Assembly (NCBI GenBank): GCA_022361175.1
Contig: JAKSBN010000346.1
Coordinates: 587 to 64,586, forward strand
DNA: 64,000 nucleotides
Direction of reading: 5' to 3'
Source: Pseudomonadota bacterium
GTDB lineage: Bacteria > Myxococcota_A > UBA9160 > UBA4427
This document shows, one piece after another, positions 25,490 to 33,169 of this stretch; within the stretch, counting starts at the first letter, position 1, and every line of letters starts with the position of its first letter. A program made the position numbers and the translations under genes. Below the pieces are notes generated by a model. That model had not been told where the DNA came from. It did not search any database and saw only the letters and a list, made by a program, of their open reading frames with translations.

Positions 25490-27075
25490 GGGGCGAGGGA
25501 GAGGTGAGACGAGGCATGGAGGCCGGATCCCACCGAGAACCCGTGGTGGAGACCTCGGGTGGCTGGTTGCGCGGACGGGTGGAGTCCGGCGTCGCCCATT
25601 TCCGCGGGATTCCCTACGCCCGAGCACCGCGGGGGCTGCTCCGGTTTCAGCCGCCGCTGGCGCCGTCGCCCTGGCGAGGCGTTCGCGATGCGCGCCGGCC
25701 CGGTCGCGCCGCTCCCCAGCCGGGGCCGGCGCTGGCGCCCGTGCGCCTCGATCTGGGGACGCGGATCGGCGAAGACTGTCTCTCGCTGAACGTCGCCACG
25801 CCGAGCTTGGAGGGACCGGCGCGTCCGGTTCTGGTGTGGATCCACGGCGGGGCGTTCGTCTTCGGTGCGGGCTCGTCGCCTCTCTACGAGGCCCGTCGAC
25901 TGGCGCGTCGAGGCGATCTGGTGGTCGTTACCCTCAACTACCGCCTGGGCGGATTCGGCTTTGTGCACCTGCACACCCTCGGCGATGAGGACTTCCGCCA
26001 CAGCTCGAACCTCGGGCTGCGCGACCAGATCGCCGCGCTCGAGTGGATCCGAGACAACATCGCGGTCTTTGGCGGCGATCCTCACAACGTGACGGTGGCG
26101 GGACAGTCCGCCGGCGCCATGTGTGCGGCCGCGTTGCTGGTGGCTCCTCGGGCGCAGTCGCTGTTCCACCGGGCGATCCTCCAGAGCGGCGCCGCCGATC
26201 ACGTGCAGACGCCGGAGACGGCGGCGCACGTGGCCCGCGTGTTCCTGTCGGAGGTGGGGCTGCGACGTCCCGACCGGCGCGCGCTGGCGGCGCTTCCCAC
26301 GGCGCAACTCCTGCGGGCCCAGCGGCGCACGTGGTTGCGGACGTTCGACGCCGAACAGCTGATGGCCTTCCTGCCGGCCGTGGACGGCGACGTCCTCCCG
26401 GTGGATCCCGTGCAGGGGCTGAGAGAGGGCCGGGCGCGCGATCGGGCCGTCCTGCTGGGCACCAATCTCGACGAGTGGAATCTGTTCCGGGTGCCGGACC
26501 TGGTGGCCGGGGCCCTGGGCCAGGCCGAGCTGGTGGGCCGTGGTCGCGAAGGGCTGCGCCGTGCGGGGGGCGGCTTCGGGCTGCCGCTGGCGGAGCGGGC
26601 GGCGCGCGCGTATCGAGACGCCGTGGCCGCACGCGGGGGCCAGACCAACGCGTTCGCGCTCTGGAGCGCATTCCAGTCCGCGCGGGTGTTCCACTACCCG
26701 GCGTCCCGCCTGGCGGAAGCCCACGGCGCGGGCGGAGGGCGGGTCTTCTCCTACCTCTTCACCTGGCGTCCGCCACTGCTGCGGCGGACGCTGGGGGCGT
26801 TCCACGCTCTCGAGCTGCCGTTCGTCTTCGGCTGGACCCAGCAGCCCACGCTGCGCGCCGGCATCGGCCTGTCCACCGGGATGCGTCAGCTCTCGCTCAG
26901 CATGCAGCACGCGTGGGCCAGCTTCGCCCGGCGCGGGAATCCCGGCCACTCGGGCCTGCCCGTGTGGGATGCTTATGAGGCCCCGGCGCGGGCGACGATG
27001 GTGTTGGGCCGCGAGTGCTACTTGGCCGAGGCTCCCCTCGAGCCCGAGCGGCGCTTCTGGGAGGCGGCTCGCTAG
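25486..27075 (+). CDS. carboxylesterase type B (para-nitrobenzyl esterase-like)
   Basis: FRGIPYA, EDCLSLNV, WIHGGAF, and GQSAGA nucleophile elbow. GTG 25486 overlaps the SDR stop (GTGA); ATG 25516 is an alternative. Confidence 0.9.
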   Translation: MRGEGEVRRGMEAGSHREPVVETSGGWLRGRVESGVAHFRGIPYARAPRGLLRFQPPLAPSPWRGVRDARRPGRAAPQPGPALAPVRLDLGTRIGEDCLSLNVATPSLEGPARPVLVWIHGGAFVFGAGSSPLYEARRLARRGDLVVVTLNYRLGGFGFVHLHTLGDEDFRHSSNLGLRDQIAALEWIRDNIAVFGGDPHNVTVAGQSAGAMCAAALLVAPRAQSLFHRAILQSGAADHVQTPETAAHVARVFLSEVGLRRPDRRALAALPTAQLLRAQRRTWLRTFDAEQLMAFLPAVDGDVLPVDPVQGLREGRARDRAVLLGTNLDEWNLFRVPDLVAGALGQAELVGRGREGLRRAGGGFGLPLAERAARAYRDAVAARGGQTNAFALWSAFQSARVFHYPASRLAEAHGAGGGRVFSYLFTWRPPLLRRTLGAFHALELPFVFGWTQQPTLRAGIGLSTGMRQLSLSMQHAWASFARRGNPGHSGLPVWDAYEAPARATMVLGRECYLAEAPLEPERRFWEAAR

Positions 27076-27122
27076 CGCGGCGACTCGCTCGGGCACGGGG
27101 GCGGAACGAAGGAGCGCGAGCC

Positions 27123-28532
27123 ATGCCCGACGACCGCTACGAGCGCCTCTCCGCCCAGGACGCCGCCTTCCTCGCCGCCGAGGGGCCCCATACGCCGATG
27201 CACGTGGGGGCCGTCTTCATCGCCGACTCCGGTCCCCTGCGGACGCGCGAAGGCGGTGTGGATGTCGAACGGATCCGCGACTTCATCGGGGGACGGCTGC
27301 ACCGGATTCCCCGCTATCGCCAGGTGCTCCACTACACCCCGGTTCGCGGCTCGCCCGTGTGGGTCGACGATCGGCACTTCAACATCGAATTCCACGTGCG
27401 GCACACGAGCCTGCCCCAGCCGGGCAGCGCAGAGCAGCTGAAGCGCCTGGCCGGACGCGTCATGTCCCACGCTCCGGATCGACAGCGCCCGCTGTGGGAG
27501 ATCTGGGTCGTGGAGGGCCTGTCCGGGGGGGAGCGTTTCGCCCTGGTGAGCAAGGTGCACCACTGCATGATCGACGGCGTCTCCGGGACCGAGATCATGA
27601 CGCTGCTCATGACCGCGACGCCGGACGAGGCGACCGAGCCCGCGCCTCCGTTCGTGCCGCAGCCTCCGCCCAGTGCGCTCGAGCTGGGTGCCGCCGAGGC
27701 GGTGCGTCTCCTGCTCGGGCCCATCGAGATGGCCGCCCGACTGCGCGACCTGGCCGGGGAGGGAGACGCGCTGCGGGGACTGCGGGACTTCGTCGCCCAG
27801 GGGCTCCACCGCGCCTCGGACACGCCGCTCAACCGCCCCATCGGTCCGCATCGGCGGTTCGAGACGCTGGCGCTGGACCTGGACGCCGTGAAGGACGTGA
27901 AGAACAAGCTCGGCGGGACTTTGAACGACGTGGTGCTGGCCGTGGTGGCCGGAGCCATGCGCCGCTTCTTGACCCGGCGCCGGGTGCCGCTCGCCGGCCT
28001 CGACTTCCGGGCCACGGCGCCGGTGAGCGTGCGCCAGGAGGACGAGCGAGGAGCGCTCGGCAACCGCGTGTCGGCGTGGATCGTGCCGCTGCCGGTGGCC
28101 GAGGCCGATCCCAAGCGCCGTCTCGAGGAGATCCGGCGCACGACGGCCGAGCTCAAGCGCTCGCGTGGCGCGCTGGAGGCCGATCGGCTGAGCGCCGTCA
28201 CCGAGTGGACGGGAACCACTCTGTTGTCCATCGGCACGCGCTTCCAGAATCTGGGACGACCCCACAACCTGGTGGTGACGAACGTACCCGGTCCGCAGGT
28301 TCCGCTGTACCTGGTAGGTGCTTCTCTGCGAGAGACGTACCCGATGGTGCCGATCTTCCAGGGCCAGGCGTTGGGAATTGCGCTCTTCAGCTACGCGGGT
28401 TCGTTGCTCTGGGGGCTGAACGCCGATCCAGAACTCGTGCCGGACCTGGCGGAAGTGCGCGACGAACTGGCGGATGCCTTCCGGGAACTGCGCGAGCTCG
28501 CCGGGCCACCCGCCGTGCGAGAATCGCGCTAG
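27123..28532 (+). CDS. wax ester synthase/diacylglycerol acyltransferase (WS/DGAT) family protein
   Basis: HHCMIDGVSG catalytic motif (HHxxxDG), N-terminal DAAFL...PMHVG, and C-terminal NVPGP. ATG 27123 follows AAGGAG. Confidence 0.9.
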   Translation: MPDDRYERLSAQDAAFLAAEGPHTPMHVGAVFIADSGPLRTREGGVDVERIRDFIGGRLHRIPRYRQVLHYTPVRGSPVWVDDRHFNIEFHVRHTSLPQPGSAEQLKRLAGRVMSHAPDRQRPLWEIWVVEGLSGGERFALVSKVHHCMIDGVSGTEIMTLLMTATPDEATEPAPPFVPQPPPSALELGAAEAVRLLLGPIEMAARLRDLAGEGDALRGLRDFVAQGLHRASDTPLNRPIGPHRRFETLALDLDAVKDVKNKLGGTLNDVVLAVVAGAMRRFLTRRRVPLAGLDFRATAPVSVRQEDERGALGNRVSAWIVPLPVAEADPKRRLEEIRRTTAELKRSRGALEADRLSAVTEWTGTTLLSIGTRFQNLGRPHNLVVTNVPGPQVPLYLVGASLRETYPMVPIFQGQALGIALFSYAGSLLWGLNADPELVPDLAEVRDELADAFRELRELAGPPAVRESR

Positions 28533-28626
28533 CTGCAGCCCATTCCCCGCGTGGCCATCGGATCTCGGAGCTTCCTGGTGGCCATCCCGGGCGTCTTCCG
28601 GATCGCATGCTCCCGCCGCAGGCCGC

Positions 28627-29343
28627 ATGCTACGCGCCGCCATGCACGCCCCCCCGCGCGTTCTCTACGTGCTCCACGATCTGCACGAAGACGATCCGAT
28701 TGCCCAACAGACCCGTGGGCTCTTGCACGGTCTGGCCGGGCGGGGTCTCGCCGTCTACCCCGCGGCGCGCGAGTTGGTCCTCGAGGACGCTTGGGGACGG
28801 CAGCGGCGCCTGCCGGCGGGGCGCACGGCGTGGGCCCTCACACCCTGGCGCGCGCCCGAGCTGGAAGCGGCGCTGACGGCAGTTCTGCGCGGCGTGAATC
28901 CGGACGTGGTCCACGTGCAGCACTTCGGCCGCTGGCCGTTGCGGCTGTTCGTCCAGCTGAGGGCGTTCGGTGCGCCGGTGGTTCTGTCTCACCACGGCAG
29001 CGACGAGCTCCGCATCGACGGCGACCGTCTTTCGGTTCTCGGTACCGGTCTGCGAGGTCACAGCCTGGCGGGGTATCGGCGGCTTCGGAGTGAACTCCTC
29101 GCCACGGGCTTCGAACGCGTGGCGGCGCACGTCAGCAGCTCGGCCCGCGTTGCGGCGGAGGGGCTCCAGCGACCTCGGCGCGCCATCCACTGGCTCCCGC
29201 TGGAGGAGCCCGAGAGCGTGCGTGGCGGCGCCCATCTGGCGGGCTACATGGGGCTCTACGTCGACCTCGCACGCCAGGTGCGCACCCGCGTGGTACCGGT
29301 CCGTCGACGGCCGGAGGCCTCCCCGTCGCTGGAGGCCGGCTAG
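28627..29343 (+). CDS. hypothetical protein resembling only the N-terminal half of a GT4-type glycosyltransferase
   Basis: RVLYVLHDL...GLAGRGLAV...PDVVHVQHF...APVVLSHHG looks like a GT-B N-domain, but the ORF ends after about 238 aa with no C-terminal catalytic half. The assignment is weak. Confidence 0.5.
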   Translation: MLRAAMHAPPRVLYVLHDLHEDDPIAQQTRGLLHGLAGRGLAVYPAARELVLEDAWGRQRRLPAGRTAWALTPWRAPELEAALTAVLRGVNPDVVHVQHFGRWPLRLFVQLRAFGAPVVLSHHGSDELRIDGDRLSVLGTGLRGHSLAGYRRLRSELLATGFERVAAHVSSSARVAAEGLQRPRRAIHWLPLEEPESVRGGAHLAGYMGLYVDLARQVRTRVVPVRRRPEASPSLEAG

Positions 29344-30494
29344 GGACTTTCGCTGGCGGCGGAGAGCCCCTTGCGCACGAGGACGCTGCCGATGGAGTAG
29401 CCGGCCCCGAACGAGCACAGCACACCGACGTCCCCGCGCTCGAGGTCGTCCCGGTGCTGATGGAACGCGATCACCGATCCGGCGGAGCTCGTGTTCGCGT
29501 AGTCGTCCAGGATGACCGGAGCCTCCTCCGGCGTCGGGTCGCGTCCGAGCACGGTGCGGCCGATCAACTGGTTCATGCCCAGGTTCGCCTGGTGCAGCCA
29601 CATGCGCTTCAGATCGGCCGGGGCCAGCTTCTCGTCCTCCAGGTGTTCCTCGATGTGCTTGGCCACCATCGGGCACACCTCGCGAAAGACCTTGCGACCG
29701 TTCTGGCGAAACAGGAGCTCGTGCGGGTCCCGCGCCGGCTCTTCGCTCGAGTTCATGAACCCGAAGTCGTTGCGGATGTTGTTGGAGAACTGGGTCTGGA
29801 GGCGCGTGCTCAGGATCTCGAACCCGTCGTCGGTGGCCGTCTGGTCGGCGGCCTCCACGACGACGGCGGTGCAGGCGTCGCCGAAGATGAAGTGGTAGTC
29901 CCGCAGCTCGAGGTTGTTGTGCGACGACGTGATCTCGGGGTTGACGACCACGGCGCAGCGGGCGTGCCCGTTGGCGATGGCGTCGGCAGCGGCCTGGATG
30001 CCGAACGTGGCGGACGAGCAGGCCACGTTCAGGTCGTAGGCGAAGCCCCGGGCTCCCAGAGCGGCCTGCACCTCGATGGCGACGGCGGGATAGGCCCGCT
30101 GCAGATTCGAACACGCCACCAGCACGGCATCCACGTCTTCGCCGCGGCGTTCGGCCTGGGCCAGCGCCTCGCGAATCGACGCCAGCGAGATCTCGGCCTG
30201 GATGGAGAGCTCTTCCTCCGAGCGCTTCGGGAAGCGAGGGCGCTGGCGCGTCGGGTCGAGCACGCCCTCCTTCTCGAGCACGTAGCGCCGCTGGATCCCC
30301 GAGGCCTTGACGATGAAGCGCTCGCTCGTGGGATCGCGCGGCTCGAGGGTGCCGGCCTCGATTTCGCGCGCGTGCGCTTCGTTGTAGGCCGCGACGGCCT
30401 GGGCGTGGGAGGCCACCAGCTCCTCGTTGGAGATCGAGTGCTCGGGCGTGAAGAGCCCGGTGCCGGTGATCGCGCTGGGGATGCGCTCGCTCAT
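29340..30494 (-). CDS. beta-ketoacyl-ACP synthase III (FabH-like, long form) family enzyme
   Basis: 384 aa with the Cys-His-Asn triad context: DLNVACSSATFG, WLHQANLGMN, YANTSSAGS. ATG at 30494. Confidence 0.9.
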   Translation of the reverse strand: MSERIPSAITGTGLFTPEHSISNEELVASHAQAVAAYNEAHAREIEAGTLEPRDPTSERFIVKASGIQRRYVLEKEGVLDPTRQRPRFPKRSEEELSIQAEISLASIREALAQAERRGEDVDAVLVACSNLQRAYPAVAIEVQAALGARGFAYDLNVACSSATFGIQAAADAIANGHARCAVVVNPEITSSHNNLELRDYHFIFGDACTAVVVEAADQTATDDGFEILSTRLQTQFSNNIRNDFGFMNSSEEPARDPHELLFRQNGRKVFREVCPMVAKHIEEHLEDEKLAPADLKRMWLHQANLGMNQLIGRTVLGRDPTPEEAPVILDDYANTSSAGSVIAFHQHRDDLERGDVGVLCSFGAGYSIGSVLVRKGLSAASESP

Positions 30495-30832
30495 GCACTC
30501 TCTCCTTGTTGGAGCAGTTCCCGCAGGACTGCCAGATTCTCCCGCTCTTCTACGGCGATGTCGCCGTCCGCGGCCACCACCTGCTCGATCGCGTTCAGAA
30601 ACAGCGCGCGGTGCGCGGCGGGGACCGAATTGGGATCGAGACTCTCCGGGGCCGGGGGCCGCTCGAGCCAGCCCAGCACTTGTCGGCGTTCGTCCTCGTC
30701 CAAGTCGAGCCGTTCGATGCACTGCATCACGAAACCCCGCTCTTCGGGGCGAACCTCCAGGTCGGCCCAGGCGAAGGAACAGACGAACCGCATCAGGTTC
30801 AGGCGTTGATCGCGTGACAGCGCGTCGAGCAT
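30491..30832 (-). CDS. TerB-like (tellurite-resistance TerB/DjlA N-domain fold) small protein
   Basis: 113 aa. LMRFVCSFAWADLEVRPEERGFV...VVAADGDIAVEERENL resembles the TerB repeat. Its stop overlaps the KAS III ATG (ATGA). Family call is tentative. Confidence 0.6.
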   Translation of the reverse strand: MLDALSRDQRLNLMRFVCSFAWADLEVRPEERGFVMQCIERLDLDEDERRQVLGWLERPPAPESLDPNSVPAAHRALFLNAIEQVVAADGDIAVEERENLAVLRELLQQGESA

Positions 30833-30930
30833 CCGAAGCCCACCCCCCGTAGGGAAAAGTAGCCGGTTCGGGCGGGGTCGGTAGGGGTGGGCCGCTGGCC
30901 GGCCGGCCCGCCATTCGCTATCGCGCCTCG

Positions 30931-31500
30931 ATGGAGAGCCCGCGGCTGATCCCCTGGCACCCGCAGACGTTGGAGCTGTCCGTCGCGAGGCGCTTCGATG
31001 GGGCACCGTGGCCGAATCCGCGCCAGCACGGGGCGGTGACACTGGCGGCCTCGGATGCCGGTCTCTGGGTGGAGGCGGCCCTGCCGCACCAGGCTTCACC
31101 GCGGATTCCCGCCGCGCCGACCGGAGCGCGCGTGCCCGATCTCTACGAGTACGACGTGGTCGAGTGCTTCCTGGTCGGCGGTGGCGGCGAGTACACGGAG
31201 GTGGAGTTGGGTGCGGGTGGGCACTATTTGGTGTTGCGCTTCACGGCGCCTCGGGTGCGGCGGGCGGGTGACGACGAGCTGCCGCTCGACGTGGCGTTCG
31301 AAGCGGGTCCCGAGCGCTGGACGGCGCGGGCCTGTCTGCCCTGGTCGCATGTCCCCACCCCGCTCCGCGCCGTCAACGCGTTCGTCATCGCGGGGGGCGG
31401 CTTTCTGGCCCACGCACCCGTGCCCGGAGAGACTCCCGACTTCCACCAGCCCGACTGCTATCCGGCGGCGGCTCTCATCCCCTGGCCGTCGCCGGGCTGA
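30931..31500 (+). CDS. hypothetical protein
   Basis: 189-aa ORF with normal protein composition and high third-position G/C. No family recognised by eye. Confidence 0.6.
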   Translation: MESPRLIPWHPQTLELSVARRFDGAPWPNPRQHGAVTLAASDAGLWVEAALPHQASPRIPAAPTGARVPDLYEYDVVECFLVGGGGEYTEVELGAGGHYLVLRFTAPRVRRAGDDELPLDVAFEAGPERWTARACLPWSHVPTPLRAVNAFVIAGGGFLAHAPVPGETPDFHQPDCYPAAALIPWPSPG

Positions 31501-31509
31501 GGCCGGCGG

Positions 31510-32610
31510 CTACGCCAGCAGCCCGCGGACGGCGTCGCCCGATGCGTCCAAGAGCCTCGCCAGGTGGAGCTGCGCTCGTGCGCGGTCCAAGTTGTGGCCG
31601 GGCCGCGCGACCCGGAAGTAGACGTCGCCCTGGAGGTGGTCCGTCAGGAAGCGGGCCGCCAGCTCGAGGGTAATGACGGCGCCCGCCAAGGGCAGAACGG
31701 CGCGTTCGGCGTCCGACAGGAGCGAGCCGGCGCCCGCCCGATAGCCGCGCACCACGGCTTCCAGGCAGGCGTCGTCCAGGCGCAGGGACGCCGCCGGGCG
31801 TGCGTCCTCGGCGCCCCGGTGCGTCGCCGAGCGCAGCAAGTCGCCGAAGTCCGCCAGCAGCGAGCCCTCCATGACCGTGTCCAGGTCGATCACGCAGCGG
31901 GCGCGCGCGGAGTCGCGGTCGATCAGGACGTTGCTGGGCTTGCAGTCGTTGTGGACGACGCGGCGGGGCAGGGCAACCGCCCCGGCCGCTGCGAGGCGCT
32001 CGCCCAGCGCTTGCCCGAAGACCAGCACGCCTTCGACCTCCGCGCCTGCCGGGTCACCCGGGGCCGCGTCCGACGCCTGGCGCAACGCCTCGAGGCGGTG
32101 GCCGAGGTCGTGGAAGCGGGGAATGGTCTCGCAAAGCGCGGGTCCCGGCAGGTCCTGGAGCCAGTGCGCGAACTCCCCGAATGCCCGCGCGACCTCGAAC
32201 GCATGCTCGGGCGACTCGACTTGCGTCGTGGCGCGGGTCGCCTCCACGAATCGGAAGGTCCGCCAGAAGCCCCCGTCCTCGGCGATGTGGTAGGCCGCGC
32301 CGTCCCGCGTGCGGAGCAGCTCGAGCCCCCGACAAGGTGAAGTCTCCGGGATTCGCTCCCGCAGGTGGTCCGTGACGCGCACGAGATTGTCCATCAACCC
32401 CACCGGGTCCCTGAAGACGGTTTCGTTGATCCGCTGGTGCACGACGTGAGCCGATACGTAGTGCGCCGAGAAGGTGGCGTTGATATGGCCGGCTCCGATC
32501 CGCACGACGCGGGAGGCGGGCGCCGCCAGGCCGAACTGGGCCCCGAGATCGCGCGGCAGCTCCGCCGGGCGGTCGGGGGGATCGGCACTCGGGGAGGGGT
32601 CTTGCGTCAC
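31510..32610 (-). CDS. phosphotransferase (APH/choline-kinase-like kinase fold) family protein
   Basis: Catalytic loop VVHNDCKPSNVL and metal-binding IDLD. 366 aa. Confidence 0.8.
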   Translation of the reverse strand: MTQDPSPSADPPDRPAELPRDLGAQFGLAAPASRVVRIGAGHINATFSAHYVSAHVVHQRINETVFRDPVGLMDNLVRVTDHLRERIPETSPCRGLELLRTRDGAAYHIAEDGGFWRTFRFVEATRATTQVESPEHAFEVARAFGEFAHWLQDLPGPALCETIPRFHDLGHRLEALRQASDAAPGDPAGAEVEGVLVFGQALGERLAAAGAVALPRRVVHNDCKPSNVLIDRDSARARCVIDLDTVMEGSLLADFGDLLRSATHRGAEDARPAASLRLDDACLEAVVRGYRAGAGSLLSDAERAVLPLAGAVITLELAARFLTDHLQGDVYFRVARPGHNLDRARAQLHLARLLDASGDAVRGLLA

Positions 32611-32734
32611 GACGGGCTCCGGCTGCGGGGTCGCGAGTATAGAACCCCACCGGAGAAGCTCGCTTCGTTCGAGCGTCGGAAATCGCGCGCCGGGGGCGGT
32701 GGGCTACTCTGCGCCGCGGTCGGGGAGGAAGCCA

Positions 32735-33169
32735 GTGAACGCCACCGCCGAGAAATTCGGGTACCCGAAGACGACCGTCGCCGAGTTCGAGCACTGGGCC
32801 GTCCTGCTGCGGCCGGCCCAGGTGACTCTCGGCAGTCTGGTGCTGGTCTGCCGCGATGCCGCGACGAGCTTCGGCTCGATCTCGCCGGAGGCGTCTCGCG
32901 AGCTTCAGCGCGTCGCGGCCGCCATCGATGCGGCACTCGGCGCGGCTTTCCAGCACGACAAGATCAACTACCTGATGTTGATGATGGTCGATCCCGACGT
33001 GCACTTTCACGTCCTGCCGCGCTACGCCGCGGCGCGCACGTTTGCCGGCGCGAGCTTCGAGGACCGCGCCTGGCCCGGCCCCCCCGACGTGACCCAGGCG
33101 CTCGAGCTGGCGGTCGACGTTCAGGATCAGCTCCTCCAGGAGCTGCGGACCCGCTTCGCCGCCTCGTGA
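32735..33169 (+). CDS. HIT (histidine triad) family protein, variant triad
   Basis: MMMVDPDVHFHVLPRY, with the first His of HxHxHxx replaced by Asp. GTG 32735 follows GGGGAGGAAG. This is the last 144 codons of the track ORF 32474..33169. Confidence 0.8.
   Translation: MNATAEKFGYPKTTVAEFEHWAVLLRPAQVTLGSLVLVCRDAATSFGSISPEASRELQRVAAAIDAALGAAFQHDKINYLMLMMVDPDVHFHVLPRYAAARTFAGASFEDRAWPGPPDVTQALELAVDVQDQLLQELRTRFAAS

Noticed and set aside
32365-33165. N-terminal 267 codons of the 1013-aa ORF containing selD
   Set aside because: The composition is junk and overlaps the HIT gene in another frame. The flavoprotein domain begins right after GTG 33166, which overlaps the HIT stop.
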